A stretch of DNA of 64,000 nt from an uncultured Clostridia bacterium (GTDB lineage: Bacteria > Bacillota > Clostridia > Oscillospirales > QAKW01). The DNA lies in contig CALWYZ010000011.1 of the NCBI GenBank assembly GCA_944385895.1, forward strand, positions 1,173 to 65,172, written 5' to 3'. Shown here piece after piece: positions 28,638 to 38,963 of this stretch; the first letter of the stretch is position 1; each line of letters starts with the position of its first letter. The translations under genes were made by a program, and so were the position numbers. The notes under the pieces are model-generated. The model had not been told where the DNA came from. It searched no databases and saw only the letters and a program-made list of their open reading frames with translations.

Positions 28638-29750
28638 TTACTTTTTGATCAGATCATACATTCCGCGGTAAATAACCTCTGCAGCCCGCAGCTGCGCCAT
28701 TGCCCGCGCATTGTCACCTATTGTTTTTGCAAGTGCGGGATCGTTTTTTATATTGAGAATCATGGAATACAGTTTGTCAGCTGTGGCGTCCTTTTCCTGA
28801 AGCATCATTGCCGCACCGTTTTCTACCAGTGACATGGCATTATAGTACTGATGATTATGTGTCACATTCGGTGACGGGATCAGTACAGACGGTTTGCCCT
28901 GAGCCATGATCTCGCCCAGAGTTATTGCTCCGGCACGGGATACCACGGCATCGCATGCCGCAAGCTGAATAGGCATATCGTATATGTATTCAACAACCTT
29001 GATATGCGTATTTTTATTGATATCAAACCCGCGCTCCGATAGCTGCTGCGGCATCCATTTGAAACCGAACGAGCCGGTGGCATGGGTATGCATAAAATCG
29101 TTATATTTAGAATTTTTAAGAATAAAATCAACAAACAGCTTGTTTATCTCCCGCGCCCCGAGCGAGCCGGCAAATGAAACAAGATAAAACGCGCTTTCAG
29201 GAATACCAAGTTTTTGTCTGGCGCTGCGCTTATCTGAAAAAAGAAAAGACTGGTCGATGGGATTTCCGGACAGAACTATTTTTTTTGCCCTGCGAAAATA
29301 TTTGCGCGAGCTTTCAAAACTTATAAACACACAGTCCGCATAGCGCGACAGAAATTTACTTGTAATACCCGGATAAGCATTTTGCTCGTGTATGCATGTC
29401 TTTATTCCAAGAATATGCGCCGCATATACCGCAGGACCGCTTACGTAACCGCCGGTGCCGACAACAATGTCCGCCTTGAAATCGCGTATTATCCTTTTGC
29501 AGTCCGACACCGCGTGCAAAAACATACGCAGTGTTTTAATATTTTTAAGACTAACCGTGCGGCGCAAACCTTCAACCTTGATAAATTCAATATCAAATCC
29601 GCTGTTTTTAACCAGCTTTTCCTCAAGCGAGCCGCTGTTGCCGATAAAAAGTATTTTACTTTTGGGATTTTTATCTCTTACTGTTTTAGCTATGGTAAGC
29701 GCCGGATTTATATGCCCCGCAGTACCGCCGCCGGCAAGAATGACATTCAT
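28638..29750 (-). CDS. murG: undecaprenyldiphospho-muramoylpentapeptide beta-N-acetylglucosaminyltransferase
   Basis: MNVILAGGGTAGHINPAL at the N-terminus and a GT28 C-terminal domain (AVVSRAGAITLGEI). Confidence 0.94.
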   Translation of the reverse strand: MNVILAGGGTAGHINPALTIAKTVRDKNPKSKILFIGNSGSLEEKLVKNSGFDIEFIKVEGLRRTVSLKNIKTLRMFLHAVSDCKRIIRDFKADIVVGTGGYVSGPAVYAAHILGIKTCIHEQNAYPGITSKFLSRYADCVFISFESSRKYFRRAKKIVLSGNPIDQSFLFSDKRSARQKLGIPESAFYLVSFAGSLGAREINKLFVDFILKNSKYNDFMHTHATGSFGFKWMPQQLSERGFDINKNTHIKVVEYIYDMPIQLAACDAVVSRAGAITLGEIMAQGKPSVLIPSPNVTHNHQYYNAMSLVENGAAMMLQEKDATADKLYSMILNIKNDPALAKTIGDNARAMAQLRAAEVIYRGMYDLIKK

Positions 29751-29758
29751 AATTTCAC

Positions 29759-30919
29759 CTACGATTTATCTATATAACTGAAACGCGAAACAGACAATAC
29801 GACTCCCATTTCAAACAGCAGCATTAAAAGAGCAGTGCCGCCGCAGCTGAAAAACGGAAGGGTTATTCCGGTTGACGGCAAAGCGTTTGTGACAACGCCT
29901 ATATTCAATATTGTCTGAACACCGACACGCGCGATTATGCCTACAACCAGCATGGAACCGAATTTATCACGAGCATTAAGAGCTATATAGAATCCCCGCC
30001 ACACAAGCATTACAAACAGCAAAATCAAAAACAAAGCTCCGATAAATCCTAACTCCTCTGCGGTTATTGAGAATATATAATCAGTTTCCGCCTCGGGAAG
30101 ATAAAGATGTTTTTGGCGGGACTGGCCTAAACCCAAACCCAAAAGACCACCTGAGCCTATGGCATATAGCGACTGTACCAGCTGATAGCCCGAACCGCTT
30201 ATGTTTTCAAACGGATCAAGCCATGTTTTTATACGCATCTGCATATAATCGGTAAACAATACAATAACGGCAAGTCCCAGACTGCCTATTCCGATAGCTC
30301 CCACAAAATACCGCATCTGAACGCCGCCTACAAACATCATTATAACGCCTATAGCCATTATTACGATAGCGCCTGAAAGATGCGTTTCTACTGCGACAAG
30401 TCCAACGACCGTTCCCAGCATTATTATAAGAGGCAGGACTCCGACTTTGAACTTGTTCATATTTTTGTAGTTGGCGGAAATATAAGAAGCAAAACTGATT
30501 ATTATTGCAAACTTACCTATTTCAGACGGCTGAAAACGTATGCCGAAATCGAGCCATCGCCGTGCATCTCCGACTGTTTTGCCTATACCCGGAATCAATA
30601 CGAGAATAAGAAGCACGACAGATATACAAAGAAGAGGAAATGCATATTTGCGAAGTCTGTGATAATCAAAAAACGCCATTGCAAACATTACCACTATACC
30701 CACAGCCGCAAAAATCAGCTGGCGCTTTATATAGTAATAGCTGTCGCCATATTCGTAATAGCCATAAACATAGCTTGACGATGCAACCATAATAAGTCCG
30801 AACACAACAAGTATAAGCACCAGCATCAAAAAAGGAATATCCACTCTTCCTATACTGCCGCCTTTTGCCCTGACTACCTTTGGTTTTTCATTTAATTTTC
30901 CGACATTCTGTTGTGCCAT
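29759..30919 (-). CDS. ftsW: SEDS family peptidoglycan glycosyltransferase FtsW/SpoVE
   Basis: A ten-TM-type SEDS protein with ...GDARRWL...QPSEIGKF...PEAETDYIF... motifs, in the dcw context. Confidence 0.9.
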   Translation of the reverse strand: MAQQNVGKLNEKPKVVRAKGGSIGRVDIPFLMLVLILVVFGLIMVASSSYVYGYYEYGDSYYYIKRQLIFAAVGIVVMFAMAFFDYHRLRKYAFPLLCISVVLLILVLIPGIGKTVGDARRWLDFGIRFQPSEIGKFAIIISFASYISANYKNMNKFKVGVLPLIIMLGTVVGLVAVETHLSGAIVIMAIGVIMMFVGGVQMRYFVGAIGIGSLGLAVIVLFTDYMQMRIKTWLDPFENISGSGYQLVQSLYAIGSGGLLGLGLGQSRQKHLYLPEAETDYIFSITAEELGFIGALFLILLFVMLVWRGFYIALNARDKFGSMLVVGIIARVGVQTILNIGVVTNALPSTGITLPFFSCGGTALLMLLFEMGVVLSVSRFSYIDKS

Positions 30920-30935
30920 AATACCTCAAATTTAC

Positions 30936-31946
30936 TTAAATATAATACAAAGCCTGATAGATTATTCCCCATAATGCTGCCGCGCATGCAACCGCGGATA
31001 CTAATGTAAACACCAGCACTATTGTGACCTCTTTCCATTTACACATTTCAAAGTGATGATGAATGGGCGTCATTTTGAAAATTCTTTTTCCGTGTGTCAG
31101 CTTAAAATATGCAACCTGCAGCACAACTGACAGACCCTCTATTAAATATACTATACCGCCCAGCAGTATAAAATACGGAAGATCATACGACATTGCAAGC
31201 GCAACGACAAGTCCTCCCAAGAAAAGCGAGCCGGTATCGCCCATAAAAACCTTTGCGGGATGAAAATTATATATCAGAAACGCAAGCAGTCCGCCAACCG
31301 TTGACGACGCAAGCACCGCAAGACCGGTATTGCCTTTTCCTGCCGCATTGAAGACAAGCGCCACTATTACAAACGATATCGCATACGGCAATGTGACACA
31401 TGTGGCAAGTCCGTCAAGACCATCTGTAAGATTGACCGAGTTTACAAAGAAAAATACAAACGGGATGATTATTATGAAATAAAAATATGACAAATGAAGC
31501 GTGACGCTGAAAAAAGGAATATATATATCAGTTGTTATATAGCCTGTAAAATACATTGCCGCGATATATAAGGTAATCACCGCTGCAAGCAATATAGTCT
31601 TTTGACGTACGTTTAAACCTTTGTTGTGCTTTTGAGTGATCTTTATATAATCGTCCACAAAACCCACAGCCGCACACAGCATAATAAACACAATGGCATA
31701 CAGCAGACGGTAGTCGTCCGAAAATATGGTTGAAACGCCAAGAATCAGCGTAATCAGTATTATCGGGAGTATGAAAATTATACCTCCCGCAGTAGGAGTG
31801 CCCTGCTTTGACTTATGCCATGACGGACCTATTTCAAGTATGCTCTGACCGAATTTGAGTTTTCTGAGCCACGGCAGCACCAACGGTCCGATAACGGCAC
31901 CAAGAACAAATGTCAGCGTCATTGACATGATAATAACAGTACTCAT
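30936..31946 (-). CDS. mraY: phospho-N-acetylmuramoyl-pentapeptide-transferase
   Basis: PTAGGIIF, VGFVDDYIK, NLTDGLDGLA, FMGDTGSLFLGG, PIHHHFE. ATGA overlap with the murF stop. Confidence 0.96.
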   Translation of the reverse strand: MSTVIIMSMTLTFVLGAVIGPLVLPWLRKLKFGQSILEIGPSWHKSKQGTPTAGGIIFILPIILITLILGVSTIFSDDYRLLYAIVFIMLCAAVGFVDDYIKITQKHNKGLNVRQKTILLAAVITLYIAAMYFTGYITTDIYIPFFSVTLHLSYFYFIIIIPFVFFFVNSVNLTDGLDGLATCVTLPYAISFVIVALVFNAAGKGNTGLAVLASSTVGGLLAFLIYNFHPAKVFMGDTGSLFLGGLVVALAMSYDLPYFILLGGIVYLIEGLSVVLQVAYFKLTHGKRIFKMTPIHHHFEMCKWKEVTIVLVFTLVSAVACAAALWGIIYQALYYI

Positions 31947-33277
31947 TTATTCCACACCCCTTTAAAATCATCAAGCAGACCCGCCACATTCATGCTCTGC
32001 GAGCCTTTAAACAGTATATTATCTCCCGGCCGTACGCATTTAACAAGAACATCAAGCGCCTCTGAGTTATCTGTGCAGTAATGAGCGCTGATATCCCCAA
32101 GTTCATTAAAGAGATGCTTCATCTCAGTGCCTATGCATATAACCTCGTTTGCTCCCAGCTTTTTTATATCATGCGCGAGCTGACGGTGCGCCTGCTTTGA
32201 ATAGCTTCCCAACTCAAGCATATCCGCCAATGCAAGCACTTTTCTTCCCTCATACCCGCTCATAACCTGCATTGCCGCTGACATTGAGGCGGGAGAGGCG
32301 TTATAGGTATCATCAAATATACGCAATCCTTTATATTCATATATATTCTGACGCTTGCCGTCACCTGAAAATGACTCTATTCCGCAAATCAGCCTGTCGA
32401 TATCACAGCCAAGAGCTATGCCGACTGCCGCTGCAGCAAGCGCGTTGTATATATTATGTCTTCCGCAAACGGACAGCTCTACATGTCTTACCTGGTCTGC
32501 ATATACCAGATCGAAAGTATTATTGACAATATTTCGTGCCAGTATATCGCAGGATTTATTTTCAATACCGAAACGAAATGTTTTCTTATCGAGTGAAAGC
32601 GTTTGCAGCATATCGTCATCTCCGTTGATGACAGCAACACCATCATATGCAAGCGCATCTATAATCTCGCTTTTGGCCTTTAATATATTTTCACGAGAGC
32701 CGAGAAGTTCGATATGGGATATGCCTATGTTTGTGATTACAGCCACATCTGGCCGTGCAATTTGACACAGATATTTTATCTGTCCAAATCCGCGCATACC
32801 CATTTCAAGCACAACGGCATCGTCTGATTCAGATGTCTCCAGTACGCTTAAAGGCAGACCCAGTTCATTGTTATGATTGCCTTTGGAATACTGTACCCTC
32901 ATGCACTGCGCCAACGCACTCGCTATAAAGTCTTTTGTAGTAGTCTTGCCGACGCTGCCTGTCACTGCTATTTTTTTGACATGCAGCGTATCAAGGTGCA
33001 AAGCGGCAATATCCCCCACCGCACGCAGTACATCCGGCACTATTATATAAGGATTTACAGCGTCCAAAACAGGTCTGTCGGTAAGGTATGCAATACCGGG
33101 CATAACGTCAAGCTCGGCAATAAAATCAAAGCCGTCAGCTCGCGCGCCTTTTATCGCTGCGAATATACATCCGGTTTCAACCTGACGTGAGTCGGTAACA
33201 AGTCTTGTCACTGTCATATCCGGACCGTGAAGAACACCGCCCGTTTTATCGGCTATCTGTTTTAGCGTAAGTTTCAT
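31943..33277 (-). CDS. murF: UDP-N-acetylmuramoyl-tripeptide--D-alanyl-D-alanine ligase
   Basis: Mur ligase P-loop VTGSVGKTTTKDF and the C-terminal DDTYNASPASM. Confidence 0.93.
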   Translation of the reverse strand: MKLTLKQIADKTGGVLHGPDMTVTRLVTDSRQVETGCIFAAIKGARADGFDFIAELDVMPGIAYLTDRPVLDAVNPYIIVPDVLRAVGDIAALHLDTLHVKKIAVTGSVGKTTTKDFIASALAQCMRVQYSKGNHNNELGLPLSVLETSESDDAVVLEMGMRGFGQIKYLCQIARPDVAVITNIGISHIELLGSRENILKAKSEIIDALAYDGVAVINGDDDMLQTLSLDKKTFRFGIENKSCDILARNIVNNTFDLVYADQVRHVELSVCGRHNIYNALAAAAVGIALGCDIDRLICGIESFSGDGKRQNIYEYKGLRIFDDTYNASPASMSAAMQVMSGYEGRKVLALADMLELGSYSKQAHRQLAHDIKKLGANEVICIGTEMKHLFNELGDISAHYCTDNSEALDVLVKCVRPGDNILFKGSQSMNVAGLLDDFKGVWNK

Positions 33278-34722
33278 TTACCTAACTCTTTCATTATTTC
33301 AAGGGCTGTTTGTGCGTCATCAAAGTCTATAACGCCCGTATTTAAAATTTGATACTTTTCATGGCCTTTGCCCGCTATTACAATAAAATCATCCGGCCGG
33401 GCAATTTCGATGGCATGTCTTATAGCAGCTGCACGGTTTTCTATGGCGGCGTAAGGTGTCTTTTGCTTTTTGACACCCGGGAGTATCTGGTTGATTATAT
33501 CCACAGGCGGCTCAGAACGCGGATTATCCGAGGTTACTATGACATACGCCGAATTGCGCGCCGCAATCTGACCCATTATCGGACGCTTTAGCTTGTCACG
33601 GTCTCCGCCGCATCCGAACACTGTTATGATCCTGCCCTGAGTACAGCTTCTGACCGAAGACAGAATATTTTCAAGTGCATCGGGAGTATGCGCATAATCA
33701 ATCATGACCGTATACGGACGGTCACCGCTTATTACCTGCGCTCTGCCAGGAACTGCGTTGAGTGACAGCCTGTTTTCTACAATATCGCAAAATTCAAAGC
33801 CAAGCGCACACACCGCACCTATTGCTGCTATCGCGTTATACACCGTAAACATACCGGTCGATGCTATACTTACTTTGCCGATACCGCCCTTTGTCACTGC
33901 AAGAAAGCTTATACCGGACGGCTTTTGCTTTATATCCTTTGCCACAAAATCTGCAAAATTATATATAGCGGAATATGTGTATTTTTTATTTTTATACTGT
34001 TTAGACAGCATAGCGCCCGACTCATCGTCGATATTTATAACCGCAGATTTGGCGTTTTCAAAAAGTTTGAATTTTGCACGTCGGTAATTATCCATAGTCT
34101 TATGATAATCAAGATGGTCCTGAGTAAGGTTTGTAAACACCGCTGTGTCAAAGGTTATGCCGCACACACGTTTCTGAACTATGGAATGAGACGATACCTC
34201 CATGACAACATACTCCACTTTTTCCTGCACCATTTGTGAAAGCAGGCTGCAAAGAGCATACGGTTCGGGCGTTGTCGCATTTGACGGCAGTGTTTTATCT
34301 CCTATCATATTGGCAATAGTACCGATTAAACCTGTCTTTTTCCCGAGCGTATCCAGAATATTTTTTATATAATAAACCGTAGATGTCTTACCATTGGTAC
34401 CGGTCACGCCAATAAATTTAAGCTTTTTTTCAGGGTGGCCAAACCATGCGCTTGAAACATCAAACATAGCACGTCTTGTATCATCGGTCAGTATATGCGG
34501 CAGCGTGCTGTCGGTAGGGTGTGCAGCGATGATTGCCGCAGCACCGTTTTGCTGAGCGGACAACGCAAAGTCATGACCGTTTGCGCTTTCGCCCTCAAGG
34601 CATACAAACAAACTTCCGTCTGTCACCTTGCGCGAGTCATATACTATACCGCTTATTTCTATATCTGCATATGATTTATCATACTTGAGCTCTGTATCAG
34701 AGAGCAATTCAGATAGTCTCAT
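33274..34722 (-). CDS. murE: UDP-N-acetylmuramoyl-L-alanyl-D-glutamate--2,6-diaminopimelate ligase
   Basis: VTGTNGKTST P-loop. The DNPR motif (TSDNPRSE) is typical of meso-DAP-adding MurE. Confidence 0.93.
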   Translation of the reverse strand: MRLSELLSDTELKYDKSYADIEISGIVYDSRKVTDGSLFVCLEGESANGHDFALSAQQNGAAAIIAAHPTDSTLPHILTDDTRRAMFDVSSAWFGHPEKKLKFIGVTGTNGKTSTVYYIKNILDTLGKKTGLIGTIANMIGDKTLPSNATTPEPYALCSLLSQMVQEKVEYVVMEVSSHSIVQKRVCGITFDTAVFTNLTQDHLDYHKTMDNYRRAKFKLFENAKSAVINIDDESGAMLSKQYKNKKYTYSAIYNFADFVAKDIKQKPSGISFLAVTKGGIGKVSIASTGMFTVYNAIAAIGAVCALGFEFCDIVENRLSLNAVPGRAQVISGDRPYTVMIDYAHTPDALENILSSVRSCTQGRIITVFGCGGDRDKLKRPIMGQIAARNSAYVIVTSDNPRSEPPVDIINQILPGVKKQKTPYAAIENRAAAIRHAIEIARPDDFIVIAGKGHEKYQILNTGVIDFDDAQTALEIMKELGK

Positions 34723-34732
34723 ATCTCCTCCG

Positions 34733-37036
34733 TTAATTAGCTACATCATTATAATTTTTATAATATGCCGTAACGACCGTACCCGCCTCGACTACTGTAC
34801 CGGCCGCCGGCTCCTGGGACGTTATGAGCGCTGTGCTCTTGGTGCTTTCGTTACCTACGGTTCGTAAGTTCAATCCATAATTGGTTATCATTTTCTGTGC
34901 CCCCGCAACACTCATCTGGGTTATATCCGGAACAGTTATTGTAGCAGACGGTTCTTTGCCGTTTGTATACAGCACAACAGTGCCGGTACGCGGTATAGAT
35001 GTAGCGCTTTTCGGTATCTGATATTCAACAGTTCCCTCTCCGCCTATTATTTTATATGACAAACCACTGTCTTTGATGGCAGCTATTGCCTCGTCGGTTG
35101 AAAGTCCCGAAACTGCGGGGACTGAGGTATCAAGTGTTTCAAGCTCTTCCTCTGTATACTGTGGGGTTATCTCAAGGTACGGCAGTACATCCGCAAGTAT
35201 CTTACCTGCAGTGGGAGCCGCAGTAAGACCACCGAAATATTCAGAACCGTTTGGCTCATCAAGCATTACAAGTATGGCAATCTGGGGATCGTCTGCCGGC
35301 GCAAAGCCTATGAATGATGCAATATATTCCTCTTCACCTGTTGAGCTTTCCGTCGCCAGCTTTTCGGAAGTTCCCGTTTTTCCCGCCACACGATAACCTT
35401 TTACATACGCGTTTTTACCTGATCCGAATGTTACGACATCTGCAAGAAGTGCACACATTTTTTCAGATGTCTCCTTTGAAATCACCTGTCTTTTGACTCC
35501 GCTGTCAATACTTTTGACGACTGTTGTTTTTCCGTTTTCGTCAGTAGATGTGATTTCCTTAACTATATGCGGAGTGATCAGCGATCCGCCGTTTGCCACG
35601 GCGGCTACGGCAGTTATCATCTGAATTGGTGTGATTTTAAAGCGCTGACCGAATGAAGCTGTGGCAAGCTCGACTTCGTTAAAGCTGGAATCACTGTGAA
35701 AAATGCCGGAAGCCTCACCCACAAGATCAACACCTGTTTTTTCCGTAAGTCCGAAATTTTCAAAATAGCTTTTAAAAGTAGTATTGCCTATTTTGGCGCC
35801 TATCATCATAAACGCCGGATTGCAGGAATTCTGTATCGCCTGTGCAAAATTCTGAGAACCATGACCGCCGTGCTTCCAGCACGATATTCTCCTGTTGCCG
35901 ACAACATAATAGCCCGGACAATAAAATGAATCACTGTCGCTTATAAGATTTTCCTCCACCGCCATTGAAGCGGTAAGGATTTTAAATGTCGAGCCGGGCT
36001 CATATGTATCTACAATCAGCTTATTACGGCGCATAAGATTTGTAAGCTCAGTCTTTTTTTCACTCGGAGTCATAGATGAATCCTGCTCCTGAGAATCCTC
36101 GCCGTCCTCATTTGTGCCACCGTCCTGCTCTTCTTGCTCCTGCGCGCCGCCGCTTTCAAAAAGCTCCAGTTCCTGCAGCAGCAGGCTGTCGGTGATCTGC
36201 TGGTAATTGTTAAGATCGTAATCGGGTTTGGACGTAATACCAAGTATACCTCCGGTATTGACATCAATGATTATACCCGCCGCGCCGTTTAAGCACTTAT
36301 AATCCTCTCGCGCCTGCTCTATATGCTTTTCAAGGTAATACTGGATCGTAGTGTCTATTGTAAGTTTGATATCGTTGCCGTCTTTTGCTGGAACATACGT
36401 TTCATATTCGACAGGCAGCTCGCTGCCGGCATTGTTTTTTGCTGTTATCAGTTTTCCGTTTGTGCCCTGAAGGTAGCTGTTGTATACAAGCTCGATTCCG
36501 TCAAGCCCGACATTATCGGTGCCGACAAACCCCAAAACGTGCGATGCCAGATTGTTATACGGATAATACCGCTTTGTATCGTCAATAAGATGTATGCCTG
36601 ACACTTTACTTTCTGATATATATTGACGCACCTGATCGACTACATCGCTTTCTATTTTCCTTTTTACGATTTCATAGTAGTTATTTTTTTGAGTCTTTTC
36701 ATATACCGTGTCATAGTCAACACCCAATATTTCAGATAGATTGAGAGCGATATCGCGTGCCTGTGCCTCATCATCAATATCATTAGGAGAAATATAAACA
36801 GTTTTTACGGACGACGATACCGCAAGCTCGACGCCGTTGCAGTCGGTGATCGTACCGCGGTTGGCATTGATTGTAGTGTTCATAGTCTGCTGAGCTATCG
36901 CCTTGGACTGATAGACGTCGTAGTTTATGATCTGGTAATATACAAGATATCCGATAATCACACACACGGCGACAGAAAACAAACCCATTACTATAATGGA
37001 TCTGTTTTTCATTTTTTTAGTAGGTGTTTTCGCCAT
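34733..37036 (-). CDS. class B penicillin-binding protein (FtsI/PBP2B/SpoVD type) with two C-terminal PASTA domains
   Basis: N-terminal TM helix and dimerisation domain. Transpeptidase motifs GSTFK, NSCN, KTGTS. Two PASTA repeats at the C-terminus. An acidic insert of about 40 aa (EQEEQDGGTNEDGEDSQEQDSS). Confidence 0.92.
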   Translation of the reverse strand: MAKTPTKKMKNRSIIVMGLFSVAVCVIIGYLVYYQIINYDVYQSKAIAQQTMNTTINANRGTITDCNGVELAVSSSVKTVYISPNDIDDEAQARDIALNLSEILGVDYDTVYEKTQKNNYYEIVKRKIESDVVDQVRQYISESKVSGIHLIDDTKRYYPYNNLASHVLGFVGTDNVGLDGIELVYNSYLQGTNGKLITAKNNAGSELPVEYETYVPAKDGNDIKLTIDTTIQYYLEKHIEQAREDYKCLNGAAGIIIDVNTGGILGITSKPDYDLNNYQQITDSLLLQELELFESGGAQEQEEQDGGTNEDGEDSQEQDSSMTPSEKKTELTNLMRRNKLIVDTYEPGSTFKILTASMAVEENLISDSDSFYCPGYYVVGNRRISCWKHGGHGSQNFAQAIQNSCNPAFMMIGAKIGNTTFKSYFENFGLTEKTGVDLVGEASGIFHSDSSFNEVELATASFGQRFKITPIQMITAVAAVANGGSLITPHIVKEITSTDENGKTTVVKSIDSGVKRQVISKETSEKMCALLADVVTFGSGKNAYVKGYRVAGKTGTSEKLATESSTGEEEYIASFIGFAPADDPQIAILVMLDEPNGSEYFGGLTAAPTAGKILADVLPYLEITPQYTEEELETLDTSVPAVSGLSTDEAIAAIKDSGLSYKIIGGEGTVEYQIPKSATSIPRTGTVVLYTNGKEPSATITVPDITQMSVAGAQKMITNYGLNLRTVGNESTKSTALITSQEPAAGTVVEAGTVVTAYYKNYNDVAN

Positions 37037-37074
37037 AAGTTCGCCGTCTTTCCTAAGTTGTTTTAATTAAAACA

Positions 37075-37112
37075 AGAGCGGGCAGTAATTTTTAAAAAGA
37101 ACCTCCCGCTCT
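37075..37112 (-). terminator. possible attenuator/partial terminator hairpin between ftsL and pbp
   Basis: 8-bp stem AGAGCGGG / CCCGCTCT around a 22-nt AT-rich, internally self-complementary loop. On the minus strand it is followed by UGUUUUAAUU. Confidence 0.3.
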
Positions 37113-37130
37113 AATAATATTTATTACACG

Positions 37131-37523
37131 TCAGTTCAAATATTCATAAAGAATATTGAAGCTGTTTACGACTCCGTCCAAAAATGTGTTTTTTTCCTTT
37201 TCAGGAGAAATTTCGACAGAATCATCTTCAGCAAGGTTTACTGTGTGTATACGAAAAGATTCAAGTTTTACCATGCCGAGCTGTTCTGTTGCTATTTCCT
37301 CAATGCTTGCAAGAGAATTCTTGCGGTCTATCTGTACATTTAATACGGATATCCGACTTTGAAGTTCCTCAAGCTCGTTCTTCTTCTTCTCCGACTGAAG
37401 GGTAAGTTCGTTTAATGAAATATAGCTGTTTAGCACAAATCCAACAAGCAGCACACACACCACGGACATGCAGAATGTAAACGGTGATATCAGTTTTCTT
37501 TTATTTTTCCTTGTTTTTTTCAT
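37131..37523 (-). CDS. ftsL: cell division protein FtsL-like (septum formation initiator type)
   Basis: 130 aa. Basic N-terminus, one TM helix, a coiled coil (LQSEKKKNELEELQSRISVLNVQI). Positioned between rsmH and pbp. Confidence 0.75.
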   Translation of the reverse strand: MKKTRKNKRKLISPFTFCMSVVCVLLVGFVLNSYISLNELTLQSEKKKNELEELQSRISVLNVQIDRKNSLASIEEIATEQLGMVKLESFRIHTVNLAEDDSVEISPEKEKNTFLDGVVNSFNILYEYLN

Positions 37524-37539
37524 CTATCCTTTTTCCCCT

Positions 37540-38472
37540 TCAGATTTTTTGAGCAACTCTGAGCTTTGCGGGTTTTGAACGATTATTCTGTTCAAGTTCC
37601 GATTCATCAGCAGTCACCGGTCTGTGAGTAATAAGCTTAATCTTTGCCGTTCTGCCGCAGACGCATACAGGAATGTTTTTATTGCAGATACATCCTGTAG
37701 CAAGATCGCGCAGCGTGTTTTTCACGATCCTGTCCTCAAGCGAATGAAATGTTATAACTGCGAGCCTGCCGCCCTCTTCAAGCATACATACCGCGTCACG
37801 GATTGCTTTTTCAAGTATTTTCAGTTCACCGTTGACCTCGATGCGTATCGCCTGATAAGTACGCTTAGACGGATGCTTTGCCCCGTAGCGTTCAGAAGGC
37901 GGAAACGCGCGTTTTATTATCTCATTTAATTCAAAGGTGGTGTTGATCGGGCTTTTTGCACGCTGTCTGCAGATATTCGCGGCGATCTTTGCCGCATAAC
38001 GCTCCTGACCGTATTCAGATATTATACGTGCAAGATCCTGCTGACTGTATTCGTTTACAATATCCCTTGCCGTAAGTTTGTCCTGACGCGACATTCGCAT
38101 ATCAAGCGGAGCATCAAAGCGGTAAGAAAATCCGCGTTCTGAGTTGTCCAGCTGATAACTGGATACTCCCAAATCAAACAGTATTCCGCTGACCCGCTCG
38201 ATTTTCATTTCATAGAGTATCTGTTTAAGGTCAGCAAAATTGCCGCGTACCAGCCGTACTGTATTGCCGTATTTTTTCAGCCGCAGTGACGATGCTTTTA
38301 TAGCGTCCTCATCTCTGTCAATGCCGATAAGAAGCCCGTCCTTGAGCCGCATTGCTATCTGCTCGCTGTGTCCTCCGCCGCCGAGCGTACAGTCAACGTA
38401 TATGCCGCCGGGTTTTATATCAAGCGCCTGAATACACTGCTCAAGCATAACGCTGTAATGTGAAAATTCCAT
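37540..38472 (-). CDS. rsmH: 16S rRNA (cytosine1402-N4)-methyltransferase
   Basis: HYSVML..., YVDCTLGGGGHS, FDLGVSSYQLD, FHSLEDR. The ATG at 38472 lies 1 nt after the mraZ stop. Confidence 0.94.
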   Translation of the reverse strand: MEFSHYSVMLEQCIQALDIKPGGIYVDCTLGGGGHSEQIAMRLKDGLLIGIDRDEDAIKASSLRLKKYGNTVRLVRGNFADLKQILYEMKIERVSGILFDLGVSSYQLDNSERGFSYRFDAPLDMRMSRQDKLTARDIVNEYSQQDLARIISEYGQERYAAKIAANICRQRAKSPINTTFELNEIIKRAFPPSERYGAKHPSKRTYQAIRIEVNGELKILEKAIRDAVCMLEEGGRLAVITFHSLEDRIVKNTLRDLATGCICNKNIPVCVCGRTAKIKLITHRPVTADESELEQNNRSKPAKLRVAQKI

Positions 38473-38473
38473 A

Positions 38474-38893
38474 TCAGAGCACCAGCTCATCCATACAGGC
38501 TACTATACTGTCACTGTCAAGCATTTTCTGAGATGCCTCCCAGCGTTCAGGTGTCCAGATCTCCACCATATCGCCGTTTCCCACCAGAACGACCTCTGTC
38601 TCTATACCTATTTTCTGCCTGAGCTGCTGTGGTATTTGCATCCTGCCCTGTTTGTCGGTAGTGACCTCATGCATATTACCCAAAAAGAAACGCTTTATCC
38701 ATCTGATTTTAGACGGAGGCGCGCTGTCAAACCTGGAAAGAAACTTTTCCCATTCCTGATTAGACATGACCATCAGTGTATCGTCATATCCGGCGGTTAT
38801 TACAAACTCCAGCCCGAGTTCCTTTTTGAATTTGACCGGTATTATAACCCGGCCCTTATCATCTACATTATGATTGTATGTTCCCCCGAGCAA
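38474..38893 (-). CDS. mraZ: transcriptional regulator MraZ
   Basis: Two SpoVT/AbrB-like halves with the DxxGR motif twice (VDDKGRVIIP and TDKQGRMQIP). Confidence 0.94.
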   Translation of the reverse strand: MLGGTYNHNVDDKGRVIIPVKFKKELGLEFVITAGYDDTLMVMSNQEWEKFLSRFDSAPPSKIRWIKRFFLGNMHEVTTDKQGRMQIPQQLRQKIGIETEVVLVGNGDMVEIWTPERWEASQKMLDSDSIVACMDELVL

Positions 38894-38924
38894 AGTTTTT
38901 CACCGCCTTTCTTTTGGACATTCG

Positions 38925-38956
38925 ACTACCATTTAGTCACCACTTCGTTACCACTT
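38925..38956 (-). promoter_or_regulatory. three direct MraZ-box-like repeats (GTGGT / GTGGT / ATGGT) at ~11-nt spacing
   Basis: Minus strand reads aGTGGTaacga aGTGGTgacta aaTGGTagtcg, immediately downstream of the dcw promoter -10. Confidence 0.6.
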
Positions 38957-38963
38957 TGATTTT